DNA of 64,000 bases from Eledone cirrhosa. Its lineage: Eukaryota. Where the stretch lies: assembly GCA_964016885.1 (NCBI GenBank), contig OZ024740.1:420918001-420982000 (forward strand), read 5' to 3'. A program made the position numbers and the translations under genes. Below are positions 1 through 12,458 of the stretch, one piece after another (the first letter of the stretch is position 1; every line of letters starts with the position of its first letter). Below the pieces are notes generated by a model that ran no database searches, was not told where the DNA came from, and saw only the letters and a program-made list of their open reading frames with translations.

Positions 1-162
1 ATTTGAAGTATAACACTTTGTTCTTCAATGTTTCTTACTTTATAGATAACTGCACACCACCTTACAAGCTCTAAATCCTTTATCTTCTCACTTCAGTGCA
101 TTGAAGACATTTCAGCGCTTTGAAAATTAATGACTTTCTTGTCTTTCTCTCTTCTACATATT

Positions 163-388
163 TACTGTATATGCTCTAATATAAGCTGAGGAATGTGACA
201 AAAAAAATAATCGATGGTAAAATGGTGGTGGTGGTGGTGGTGGAGGGGTGCTTATATATGCCATCTAAACAATGTGTTGATTAGCTGCCTTGGCTTATAA
301 ATGGGGTTTAGATTTTTTCCCATTTCTCAGACATAAAATAGGGAGTTGACTTATATTTGGTTCAGCTTGTATTCAAGTCTATGCAGTA
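163..388. mobile_element. Tc1/mariner- or pogo-type MITE, degenerate
   Basis: Imperfect ~27 bp terminal inverted repeats starting with TA: tactgtatatgctctaatataagctga ... tcagcttgtattcaagtctatgcagta. Related left-end fragments lie at ~58549-58650 and ~63895-63985. Confidence 0.55.
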
Positions 389-675
389 GTTTTTCTAACT
401 CAGCATCATCATCACCATCATGTACATAGAATTCTGTACATAGAACTCAGCATCATCATCACCATCATGTACTTAGAATTCTGAAATTTTTTTTAACTGA
501 TTCTGAATATAATAAAAATATTATTGTTTTTCTAAGGTTAAAGATTTTTAAAAGAAATTTTTGAAAAATGTTGTTTATCTCCAAGTAAGTTCTTATTGTG
601 TTGACCTATAAGTCAAAGACATTCTAGCTATTACCATACTGTAATTTTCTTTCAGACACACTGTACCTAGGACTA

Positions 676-938
676 GTAGTGGTTAGAGTGTTGGACTTAT
701 GATCTTCATGGTGTGGGTTTGATCCCTCCCTGGGACGGACAGTGCATTGAGTCTTTGAGCAAAACACTTTCATTCTGTGTTGCTCCTGTCAACTTGGCTG
801 GAAATAAGTACCAGCAGTTGCTGGGGATTAACCCTGAGATAGACTGGAGTCCTATCCAGGGGGAAGTCTTGTACTTTTAATACAAATGAAACCAGGATAT
901 GCTCTGGTCTGATGAGCCTCTGGGTTTGGGACAGACTA
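676..938 (+). mobile_element. tRNA-derived CORE-like SINE, tail type B
   Basis: tRNA-like head (gtagtggttagagtg ... gggtttgatccc), CORE-like segment tttgagcaaaacactttc, and tail ccctgagatagactggagtcctatccagggggaag. A homologous reverse copy is at 7243-7498. Confidence 0.7.
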
Positions 939-2232
939 TATTTTTAGGGGGTAATTTAATGGTGAGTTAGTTGCTATTTCTTGTGAATTAGCCACTGTTT
1001 CTAGTGAGACTCCATAAAACCTCCCTCTTCAGCTTCCTCCTCCTCCTACATCTCAGATTTATTCACTACTGGTTCAGCCATTGGACTGTGGCCATGCTGG
1101 GGCATCACCAGCACTTTTTTTAACATCAGTCTCATTGACCTTCCTAGTACCAACCATGTTACAGTGTGGACTAAGTCCCTTTTGTACTGAAATGACTACC
1201 TGGACTGGGTGCTTTTTGTTGTGACATCAGCATGATCACATTACAGGGTGGACTGTGTGGTTTTCATTGTATCACCAGCATGACCACATTACTGTGTGGA
1301 CTGGGTGCTTTTATTGTTGTGTTAATATATATAGAAATGTCCTGTTGGGCTTATTGGTTTTCTCTTCATAAGAAAGTGAGCCAAGCAAAACTTATCCATT
1401 TCTATACAGCTGGAAATTACTAGTTTCAAAAACAACTTATGTGAAATGGCTTGACCTGTCATAAATCTGCATGAGCCACAACAACTACTATCACCACCAT
1501 AACTGCCAGATCTTGTACTTGCTCTTAATGTTATCTCATGGTCAATTTAAGCTAATGTTGTTTATTTCCAGGTTAACCCAGATAAAAAGACTTATCAAAG
1601 TGTTGATTATTCTTGTCTTTTCTTTGCGGGCATAGCATATATAAGACTACATTATTAAATGTGTCCTACTCATATAAAAAAAGATGGTAACATGTGATTT
1701 AATAGAAATTTGACTGTTATCTCTGTCAGGTTAATAAATAACATTAGGTTATACTGCAAACAGTAAATGTTAATAGTACTGTCTTATGTTCTCAAGATGT
1801 TATCACTGTTATAACTAACTCAGTCCCTCGGTTATAACTGTGACAAATCTACATAACACCATATCTTGATGGAAAAACATCAGTTAGTTCTTACAATCAT
1901 ATTGAATAGTATTGAGTTAGTTGGTGATAGGAAGCGCATCCAGCAATAGAAATCTTGCCAAACAAAAGGTTGAGAGGATCCTCCAGTTGTGTCAAAGGCA
2001 TGACAACCTCTCCTGAGCACTCAGGGGTACAGGAAACCATACATAAGCAACACAGATCCCAGGTTCTGTTTCAGTACTGACTTGGTCTATATTGATCTGT
2101 CCAATACAGCAAGGAAAGTGGACATTAAAACAATGACGATGATGACTGAATCTTAAAGTTCTCCAGATATTATCACTGTCATAACCAACTCAGCAGTCCC
2201 CTAGTTATTACTGTGACAAATAGTATTTAATC

Positions 2233-2460
2233 TTAACCCTTTACCCTTTACATTACTCTATATATACTATTGTATTTTTGTGGTAAACACTTTACCTCAC
2301 ATAATTATCTCACATAATATCGAATCTACGAGATTTTGATGTTATTTCTTTGAGAACAACAACTTAACATCAGTATGAGTGGCTGGTTAAGGCCAGTTTG
2401 AACAGAAAGAGGTGAGAGAAATCTGGCTGGATATGGCTGGTTTAAATGCTAAAGGGTTAA
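2233..2460 (-). mobile_element. piggyBac-type MITE (~220 bp), TTAA target-site duplication
   Basis: Ends are ttaa-CCCTTTA ... TAAAGGG-ttaa. It sits in a local repeat whose uninterrupted copies (cttaaagttctccagatattatc at ~2152 and ~2516) show a single TTAA. Orientation is assigned relative to the copy at 7916. Confidence 0.85.
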
Positions 2461-2827
2461 AGTTCCTCAGATATTATCCCTGTCATAACCAACTCAGGAC
2501 AAATAGTATTTAGTCTTAAAGTTCTCCAGATATTATCACTGCCATAACCAACTCAACAGTTATAACTAGTAAAGCTACATAACACCATATCTTGATGGAA
2601 CAACTCCAGAACTCCAGTCTGTTTTCTATTTTTATATCTGAGTGTATTGACTTGTTATACATCAGTTAGCCTGGTTGTAATTCCTCTGCTTTTTAGTTTA
2701 CTTTGAAAACTGGCACATTCTGTCTCTGTAACTGTGTGTATGGAGCTCACACACACGCATATACTTATTTACACATACACACACACACATTTACTTACCC
2801 ACATACATATTTACTTACATGCATACT

Positions 2828-2829
<2 letters not shown>

Positions 2830-2908
<79 letters not shown>
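2830..2908. repeat. (CA)n microsatellite
   Basis: Pure CA dinucleotide run, flanked by degenerate ACAT repeats extending to ~3105. Confidence 0.97.
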
Positions 2909-2910
<2 letters not shown>

Positions 2911-3490
2911 ATTCTGCCTGTGTATGGTGTACACACATATGTGTATGAAGGTGGAACTGGAGTATAGTAATTAGTTATACACACATACAAACATATATAC
3001 ATACATATATACACATATGCACACACATACACATACATATACATACTTACATACACACATACATATATACATACGCACACACATACACACAGAGATACAT
3101 AGAGACACAATTAGCCTTAGTGGAGCAATGGAATGCTAATTTAGTTGACTGATAAATTCAAACCCAGCAATTATTTGTTGCTCATAAAGGAAGCTTATGA
3201 TGTTATTTAGAAGTGTCTGATTTAATGCTTGTCATAACTTTATTCACCATCTTCTTAATATTTTCTTGTCCAACCCATTCCAACATGGAAAGCCAGGCAC
3301 ACCCCACATATACCACAGGATACAACTCTCTTCAGGGCCACCCCCATGATCTGATGCTCCCTCACCCACGATGGTATGACCTCTCCTCCCCAACTCCTAT
3401 CTACACTCTCCCACAGTGTGGTGTCAAGATAAAAATGCACTCAGTCCGTTCTCTAAAGTGGTGGTGCTGGTGCAACAGTAAACTGATTGC

Positions 3491-5188
3491 AGTACATGTT
3501 GTACAGTGATTAGTGTCAGAAAGGGCATCCAGCCATAGAAACCAAGCTCTCAGTACATGTTGTAATGTGGTTGGTGTCAGGAAGGTCATCCAGCCATAGA
3601 AACCAAGCTCCCAGTACATGCTGTACAGTGATTGGTGTTAGGAAGGTCATCCAGCCATAGAAACCAAGCTCCCAGTACATGTTGTAAAGTGGTTGGTGTC
3701 AGGAAGGTCATCCAACCATAGAAACCAAGCTCTCAGTACATGCTGTAAAGTGGTTGGTGTCAGGAAGGTCATCCAGCCATAGAAACCATCCTTCCAGTAC
3801 ATGTTGTAATGTGGTTGGTGTCAGGAAGGTCATCCAGCCATAGAAACCAAGCTCTCAGTACATGTTGTAATGTGGTTGGTGTTAGGAAGGTCATCCAGCC
3901 ATAGAAACCAAGCTCCCAGTACATGCTGTAAAGTGGTTGGTGTCAGGAAGGTCATCCAGCCATAGAAACCAAGCTCCCAGTACATGCTGTAAAGTGGTTG
4001 GTGTTAGGAAGGTCATCCAGCCATAGAAACCAAGCTCTCAGTACATGTTGTAATGTGGTTGGTGTCAGGAAGGTCATCCAACCATAGAAACCAAGCTCTC
4101 AGTACATGTTGTAATGTGGTTGGTGTCAGGAAGGTCATCCAGCCATAGAAACCAAGCTCCCAGTACATGCTGTAAAGTGGTTGGTATTAGGAAGGTCATC
4201 CAGCCATAGAAACCAAGCTCCCAGTACATGTAATGTGGTTGGTGTTAGGAAGGTCATCCAGCCATAGAAACCAAGCTCTCAGTACATGTTGTAATGTGGT
4301 TGGTGTCAGGAAGGTCATCCAGCCATAGAAACCAAGCTCCCAGTACATGCTGTAAAGTGGTTGGTGTTAGGAAGGTCATCCAGCCATAGAAACCAAGCTC
4401 TCAGTACATGTTGTAAAGTGGTTGGTGTCAGGAAGGTCATCCAGCCATAGAAACCATCCTTCCAGTACATGTTGTAATGTGGTTGGTGTCAGGAAGGTCA
4501 TCCAGCCATAGAAACCAAGCTCTCAGTACATGTTGTAATGTGGTTGGTGTTAGGAAGGTCATCCAGCCATAGAAACCAAGCTCCCAGTACATGCTGTAAA
4601 GTGGTTGGTGTCAGGAAGGTCATCCAGCCATAGAAACCAAGCTCCCAGTACATGCTGTAAAGTGGTTGGTGTTAGGAAGGTCATCCAGCCATAGAAACCA
4701 AGCTCTCAGTACATGTTGTAATGTGGTTGGTGTCAGGAAGGTCATCCAACCATAGAAACCAAGCTCTCAGTACATGTTGTAATGTGGTTGGTGTCAGGAA
4801 GGTCATCCAGCCATAGAAACCAAGCTCCCAGTACATGCTGTAAAGTGGTTGGTATTAGGAAGGTCATCCAGCCATAGAAACCAAGCTCCCAGTACATGTA
4901 ATGTGGTTGGTGTTAGGAAGGTCATCCAGCCATAGAAACCAAGCTCTCAGTACATGTTGTAATGTGGTTGGTGTCAGGAAGGTCATCCAGCCATAGAAAC
5001 CAAGCTCCCAGTACATGCTGTAAAGTGGTTGGTGTTAGGAAGGTCATCCAGCCATAGAAACCAAGCTCTCAGTACATGTTGTAAAGTGGTTGGTGTCAGG
5101 AAGGTCATCCAGCCATAGAAACCAAGCTCTCAGTACATGTTGTAATGTGGTTGGTGTCTGGAAGGTCATCCAGCCATAGAAACCAAGC
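3491..5188. repeat. 61-bp minisatellite (~28 units) derived from a SINE internal segment
   Basis: Unit aaaccaagctctcagtacatgttgtaatgtggttggtgtcaggaaggtcatccagccatag matches the SINE motif ggttggtgttaggaagggcatccagc at 30784-30809. SINE-like sequence continues past the array to a (gat)n tail near 5288. Confidence 0.92.
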
Positions 5189-5654
5189 CAAAAATGCAAT
5201 GTTTGAGCATGACATGGTCATCATCAAATGTGACAACTGGTTTATCACATGCAAGTATAGAAAAGAGACATTAAATGATGATGATGACAGCAACAGTGGT
5301 GGTGGCTAGCCCAATACTACTGTATATTTAATAACTTGATTCAACTCCCAACATGCTATGTGGGTGGTGTAACTATATTTAAAATATCCAGCAAAACAGT
5401 GGGCAAGTTTACTTCAGTTTTGTTAGTTTTGCCTTGTTAGTCATTGTTTAGCCCCAAGTTAGTCTTAACCAAGCAGACCTATAATCTAAGTCATTCCAGT
5501 AATGACCATCCCATATTTCTCTGTTTTCTATGAAATTTAAGACCCATCTCTCCTGATATTTGGCAGTCTCCTTGGTCACCTACTGTGACTGGTGATATTC
5601 AACAGCAAGAAATGCTGCTATGAATCACATTATATACACAGTGTATATTCTCAC

Positions 5655-5838
5655 ACCATGCTTTGCAACCTGGAGTTACGGCCCTTTACGGTGTGAGTTC
5701 AAATCCCGCCGAGGTTAGCTTTGTCTTTCATCCTTATGGGGTTGATAAAATAAAGCACCAGTAATGTACTGGGGGTCGATTTAATCGACTTTCCCCTCCC
5801 TCCAAATTACTGGCCTTGTGCCTATACTAAAAATCATT
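5655..5838 (+). mobile_element. tRNA-derived SINE with the gcctttcatcc central domain, 5' truncated
   Basis: B-box gagttcaaatccc is followed by gaggttagctttgtctttcatccttatggggttgataaaataaagcaccagt. Homologous to 51516-51709. Confidence 0.8.
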
Positions 5839-6734
5839 ATATACACAGTGTCTATTGTTGCAGCTGGGGACCACCTGTGAAAATCTTATATGAAATGAAA
5901 CCTCCTTATTTATCTATGCACGAATCAGATTACAAATAATGTTCTGGAATCTATGGGAGCAGACCCTCATGTTCTCCCAGCTGAGCAAGGGATAAATATG
6001 CTAGCTTGTAGCTATTAGCCAACATGGGGAAAATACTTATTTGCTTGCTGGAATGTGCAAATGTTAAAGGCTGTAGATTTTCCTTTTTATGGTTGTTGAG
6101 TGTAATTTAAGGGAGATTTAGCTGTTATTCCTAGCAAGTCAAGCATACTTCCTTATTAGCATCTCTATTAGAAATGTACTTAAATTGATTGAGAGGTGTT
6201 AATTGAATGACAATAGCCAGTTTCTCTTCAGAACATCAAATATGAAGCTAACTCCTGTATTTCATGGTTATCAATAATATTGATTTAAACTGAGTTATAA
6301 GACATTTTTAATGAAATCCATGATGAGTAATCTTGGATTTATAATATATTATTTAGAAGTCAGCTCACAAAAACAAGATGGTGTAAAACAGAATGAAGGA
6401 GAGACAAAGTAACAACAGAAATAGTCACCGAGGAGGTCACAGAATGTGTGATGGAAGAGCTTTGGCAATCAACAACTAAACAACCATCTGTTTATTAAAC
6501 TAACCGACTAGTAAATTATAATAATAAATTGAAATGAAGCCCAACAGGTGCATGTGTTTTTTATTGACAGCATGACCCTCCCAAAGTATAACAATATCTG
6601 TTTCAACATACGTTGAGACCCGACAGTAATTGATTAGTTGACTTTTATGATCTTTGTTGTATGACTGCAACTTCAATATGGTTAATTTATTTGCTTGTTT
6701 GCTTGTTCCAATATTTGGGGGTGGGAGGTGGGGT

Positions 6735-6950
6735 GGAAATCGATTAAATCAAACCCAGTGTGTCACTGGTACTTTATTTTATTGACACCGTAAGGATGAA
6801 AGGTAAAGCTAACTTCAAATCCCACCAAAGTTAGATTTGCCTTTCATCCTTATGGGGATCAATAAAATAAAGTACCAGTAACACACTGGAATCAATTTAA
6901 TTGACTTTCCCTAACCCTAAAATTGTTGGCCTTGTAAATCAGAAACCATT
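6735..6950. mobile_element. Two inverted SINE fragments forming a hairpin
   Basis: A reverse SINE 3' part (6735-6816) abuts a forward copy from ~6826. The arms are ~80 bp with a ~10 bp spacer. Confidence 0.75.
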
Positions 6951-7242
6951 ATTAATTGATCCTAAAATCAACTTGTTAGCGTACCATATGTCAGAAATGG
7001 AGGAATTGATAAGCTCAATGTAGTCTCATAAACAGATATTCTAAATAATTTGTCCAAAAATCTATAGTTCAATTTTGATGTCATTGATTTCTAACTAAAG
7101 TAATAGGACCAACACAAAAATACTGAGAAGGAGAATGGGAGGTTGTGTAATGTTGGTGCCTTTTCCAAGTAATGCTTTGATTGGAAATTAAAACAGACTT
7201 GCAGACTCACTTTTGGTAGTTTACTGCTTATTCTATGGTCTA

Positions 7243-7498
7243 AAGTCTGTCTTGAGCCCGGAGGCTCACCAGGCTGGTGTTTATTCTGGTTTCATGGTGG
7301 GAAGCAACTGAGAGTACAATACTCCCCCTGGACAGGACACCAGTCTATCACAGGGTTAAACCCCAGCTATTGCTGGTATTCATTTTCAGCTGAGTATACT
7401 GGAACAACATGAAATGAAGTGTTTTGCTCAAGAAAACAACACACAACCCAGCCCAGGAATGGAACCCACGATATTATGATCATAAGTCAAACACCCTT
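7243..7498 (-). mobile_element. tRNA-derived CORE-like SINE, tail type B
   Basis: Reverse-complement homologue of 676-938. Confidence 0.72.
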
Positions 7499-7628
7499 GT
7501 TTTATGGTGCTTTCCACAAATCTTATATCATATTAGACAAGTAAGTTGATTAGTTCTTACAATGTTGGTTCAGCTCTCTGGTATACAGTTTACACACGAT
7601 TCTATTGTTTATCATTGATATTACACAT

Positions 7629-7910
7629 TTAACCCTTTAACATTTACATTACTCTATATTTACTAGTGTATTTTCAAAGTAATGGCTTTATCTTACATAA
7701 TTATCTCAAAGTACCAGTAATGTACTGGATAATTGCTAGCCTTGTGCCAAAAGTAGAAACAATTATATTGAATCAATGAGATTTTAATATTATTTATTTT
7801 GAGAACAATACGTTAACACCAGTATGAGTGGCTAGTTAGGGCTGGTTTGAACAGAAAGAGGTGAGAGAATTGTGGCCGGTTACGGCCGGTTTGAATGCTT
7901 AAAGGGTTAA
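7629..7910 (-). mobile_element. piggyBac-type MITE with a nested SINE 3' fragment (~7708-7766)
   Basis: Ends are ttaaCCCTTTAA ... TAAAGGGttaa. The internal aaagtaccagtaatgtactgg...gtagaaacaatt matches the SINE tail at 51651-51706. Confidence 0.85.
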
Positions 7911-7915
7911 ATATT

Positions 7916-8140
7916 TTAACCCTTTAGCATTTAAACCAGCCGTATCCGGCCAGAATTCTCTCACCTCTTTCTGTTCAAACCAACTGTAATCAGCTGCTCA
8001 TATCAATGTTAAGGTATTAGTCTCAAAATAAATAACATCAAAATCTCATAGATACAATATTGTGAGATAATTATGAGGTAAAGCCTTTACCATGAAAATA
8101 CAATAGTAAATATAGAGTAATGTAAATGTTAAAGGGTTAA
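7916..8140 (+). mobile_element. piggyBac-type MITE, unamplified reference copy
   Basis: Ends are ttaaCCCTTTAGCATTTA ... TAAATGTTAAAGGGttaa, with ~14 bp terminal inverted repeats. It is inverted relative to the neighbouring copy. Confidence 0.88.
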
Positions 8141-8959
8141 AGACTTTATAAAATACAATTTGGGGAAATTTAGGGTATATGGTCCTCCTTTTTACGTGAA
8201 TAGCTTCCACTGTCAGTATAAGGTTGTTTTTCATCCATCACTCCTTAATCATTCATATCATATGTCAATACCAATACAGTTCTCATTTATATCATATCAA
8301 ACTGATTTTCTTTTAATCCCTAACTGCTCTCTCTCTCACCTCTCTTTTAGCCCTCACCCTCTCTGTCTCTCCTCAGTTTTTCATATGGGTTAACATTACA
8401 TATTCAATGAATCATATTTGACTCATATATTCTCACAAGTCTCCACAGATCTTCAAGCGTCACTGTCAGTATTTCTCTCATTACCATGCAACAAGCCTCA
8501 GGCATTAAATACGTCAAATCAATGGAGAAGGTTATAATTTAATCTGATTTCATTTTTTAAATGACATCTTAGACATAAATTCTTAAGAAAAAGGAAATCA
8601 ATGCACATTAGTGCTTAACTTGTTCATTACCATATCATCATCATTGTTTTAACATCAAACTCCCCTGCTAGCAATGGTGTACCATATATCTAATGACAAC
8701 ACTGGCTAGGATTTTCAAATCATTTTGAAAATAATCAAGAATTTGAAGGTTTAAAAAAAAAAAAAAATATAACTAACTTTTCTTTCCTTGGGAGCGACAG
8801 GTGTCACCCCTTGCTGCATCTCCCCAAGTGGTTTACCGCTGTTGGTCTGGGGCTGCTTATTCGTCCGGTAGTTGCCTGCTTATATTGCAATTAGCCATCA
8901 TATCTGGCGGCTGTATCGCTATCTGCCACCTATGACCTATTCTCTAGCAGGACAGCTCT

Positions 8960-9066
8960 GTGGATCAGTTAGAGATGGTTGCTTCTGACAGGACCCTCTG
9001 GAAGGAGTGTTTGTGAACTCTTCCCCCTCGACCCTCACAGGATTAAGTGGGCGAAGAAGTAGAAGA
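8960..9066 (+). mobile_element. RTE-clade LINE extreme 3' fragment
   Basis: Encodes DQLEMVASDRTLWKECL, followed by ccctcgaccctc and a gaagaag tail. Homologous to the reverse strand of 59468-59560. Confidence 0.65.
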
Positions 9067-9331
9067 TAACCAACTTTATCATTATTAAGCTGGTGTTTAG
9101 AAAATAACAAAAGATTCTACATAAAATTAAGATGGAAAATTTTTAGATAAATAAATGTGGTCGGTGTTAAGAAGGGCATCCAGCTGTAAAAAATAACCCA
9201 GCCAAAATACAGTTCCATTTGAGAAAGGTACGGTGCAGCCAACTAGCCAGACTTGTATCATACCATGGACAACCTGTCTAACCCATGCAACCATGGAAAA
9301 GAGACATTAAACGGTGATGTTGATTTTCTAT

Positions 9332-11660
9332 TTAACCCTTTAGCATTTAAACCAGCTATATCTAGCCAGGATTCTCTCACCTCTTTCTGTTCAAACCAGC
9401 TATATCCAGCTAGGATGTTCTCACCTCTTTCTGTTCAAACCAGCTATATCCAGCTAGGATGTTCTCACCTCTTTCTGTTCAAACCAGCTATATCCAGCTA
9501 AGATGTTCTCACCTCTTTCTGTTCAAACCAGCTATATCTAGCTAGGATGTTCTCACCTCTTTCTGTTCAAACCAGCTATATCTAGCCAGGATTCTCTCAC
9601 CTCTTTCTGTTCAAACCAGCTATATCCAGCTAGGATGTTCTCACCTCTTTCTGTTCAAACCAGCTATATCCAGCTAGGATGTTCTCACCTCTTTCTGTTC
9701 AAACCAGCTATATCCAGCTAGGATGTTCTCACCTCTTTCTGTTCAAACCAGCTATATCCAGCTAGGATGTTCTCACCTCTTTCTGTTCAAACCAGCTATA
9801 TCCAGCTAGGATGTTCTCACCTCTTTCTGTTCAAACCAGCTATATCCAGCTAGGATGTTCTCACCTCTTTCTGTTCAAACCAGCTATATCCAGCTAGGAT
9901 GTTCTCACCCTTTTCTGTTCAAACCAGTTATATCCAGCTAGGATGTTCTCACCCCTTTCTGTTCAAACCAGCTATATCCAGCTAGGATGTTCTCACCTCT
10001 TTCTGTTCAAACCAGTTATATCCAGCTAGGATGTTCTCACCTCTTTCTGTTCAAACCAGCTATATCCAGCTAGGATTCTCTCACCTTTTTCTGTTCAAAC
10101 CAGCTATATCCAGCTAGGATGTTCTCATCTCTTTCTGTTCAAACCAGCTATATCCAGCTAGGATGTTCTCACCTCTTTCTGTTCAAACCAGCTATATCCA
10201 GCTAGGATTCTCTCACCTTTTTCTGTTTAAACCAGCTATATCCAGCTAGGATGTTCTCACCTCTTTCTGTTCAAACCAGCTATATCCAGCTAGGATGTTC
10301 TCACCTTTTTCTGTTCAAACCAGCTATATCCAGCTAGGATTCTCTCACCTTTTTCTGTTCAAACCAGCTATATCCAGCTAGGATGTTCTCACCCCTTTCT
10401 GTTCAAACCAGCTATATCCAGCTAGGATGTTCTCACCTCTTTCTGTTCAAACCAGCTATATCCAGCTAGGCTTCTCTCACCTTTTTCTGTTCAAACCAGC
10501 TATATCCAGCTAGGATGTTCTCACCTTTTTCTGTTTAAACCAGCTATATCCAGCTAGGATGTTCTCACCTCTTTCTGTTCAAACCAGCTATATCCAGCTA
10601 GGATGTTCTCACCTTTTTCTGTTCAAACCAGCTATATCCAGCTAGGATTCTCTCACCTTTTTCTGTTCAAACCAGCTATATCCAGCTAGGATGTTCTCAC
10701 CCCTTTCTGTTCAAACCAGCTATATCCAGCTAGGATGTTCTCACCTCTTTCTGTTCAAACCAGCTATATCCAGCTAGGATGTTCTCACCTTTTTCTGTTC
10801 AAACCAGCTATATCCAGCTAGGATTCTCTCACCTTTTTCTGTTCAAACCAGCTATATCCAGCTAGGATGTTCTCACCCCTTTCTGTTCAAACCAGCTATA
10901 TCCAGCTAGGATGTTCTCACCTCTTTCTGTTCAAACCAGCTATATCCAGCTAGGATGTTCTCACCTCTTTCTGTTCAAACCAGCTATATCCAGCTAGGCT
11001 TCTCTCACCTTTTTCTGTTCAAACCAGCTATATCCAGCTAGGATGTTCTCACCTCTTTCTGTTCAAACCAGCTATATCCAGCTAGGATGTTCTCACCTCT
11101 TTCTGTTCAAACCAGCTATATCCAGCTAGGATGTTCTCACCTTTTTCTGTTCAAACCAGCTATATCCAGCTAGGATGTTCTCACCTCTTTCTGTTCAAAC
11201 CAGCTATATCCAGCTAGGATGTTCTCACCTCTTTCTGTTCAAACCAGCTATATCCAGCTAGGATGTTCTCACCCCTTTCTGTTCAAACCAGCTATATCCA
11301 GCTAGGATGTTCTCACCCCTTTCTGTTCAAACCAGCTATATCCAGCTAGGATGTTCTCACCTCTTTCTGTTCAAACCAGCTATATCCAGCTAGGATGTTC
11401 TCACCTCTTTCTGTTCAAACCAGCTATATCTAGCCAGGATTCTCTCACCTTTTTCTGTTCAAACCAGCTATATCCAGCTAGGATGTTCTCACCCCTTTCT
11501 GTTCAAACCAGCTGTAACTGGCCCTTCATACTGATGTTAAGGTATTGTTCTCAAAATAAATAACATCAAAATCTCATAGATCTGGTAATATGTGAGATAA
11601 TTATGTAAGACAAAGCCTTTACCACAAAAATATAGAGTAATGTAAATGCTAAAGGGTTAA
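9332..11660 (+). mobile_element. piggyBac-type MITE expanded tenfold by an internal tandem array
   Basis: Both TTAA-CCC/GGG-TTAA ends are intact. The sequence outside the array is collinear with 7916-8140. Confidence 0.9.
9349..11513. repeat. 44-bp minisatellite, 49 units
   Basis: Unit aaaccagctatatccagctaggatgttctcacctctttctgttc. The span 9349 to 11505 is 2156 bp, equal to 49 x 44. Confidence 0.96.
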
Positions 11661-12054
11661 AATAAATAGTATTGTATCATAGAACCAGGGGTGGTTTCAA
11701 ACAGTTTGGGATCAAAAGGGTTAACTTAAGTTTCTAAAGGATATTCTACAGGTCTATTGCTGGCATCTCTCCCAAGAAATTATGTTACCTGTTTCTTACG
11801 ACTGGGTTAAATCTATAGAGAATAAAATGTTTTCCTTACAAGAACAGAAGGAAACCGACCCCTTGCAGTATTGTTGACCTCATGCCCTGAGATTCTACAG
11901 CCTAATATTTTATTATCTATCCAACCATTTCTACTGGTATAACGATGATGATGATATATAAATACTAACTACTCTATCACACTAAATATAGACTTATAAA
12001 ATAGTTGCTCCCTGTAACTGATGTCTAATCAAGCTGAGTGTTCTAATCAAGCTG

Positions 12055-12242
12055 TGTGTGTGTATATGTGGATGTATGGATGTGGTGTGTATGTATCTAT
12101 GTGTGTGTATGTATGTGTGTGTGTATGTATCTTTGTGTGAGTGTATGTATTTGTGTGTATGTGTATCTTTGTGTGTGTATGTATGTATGTATCTTTGTGT
12201 GTGTGTATGTATATATTTCTGTGTGTGTGTGTGAGTATGTGT
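12055..12242. repeat. Degenerate (GT)/(ATGT) microsatellite
   Basis: Low-complexity run of gtgt and gtat. Confidence 0.9.
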
Positions 12243-12458
12243 ACTTTGCTCTATTTTTAAAATTATTTTTTGCGTTATTATTTAATCTATTTTTTCATAA
12301 AGATATAACAGTATGACTTTATATTCACCAACAAACAGAATCTTTGTCTCAACAGACGTGTCTGATAAGCAGTGAAGTTAATCAGGTTTCAGGAATAGTT
12401 CTTTTCCCAAAAGTTTGCTGTTATCAAAGGAGTAGGCGTATAAGTGTAGGAAGCACCT

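Noticed and set aside
886-925. gaaac...ctgatgag resembling a permuted hammerhead
   Set aside because: There is no room for stem I between the putative cleavage site and CTGATGA, and the sister SINE copy at 7243-7498 does not keep the core.
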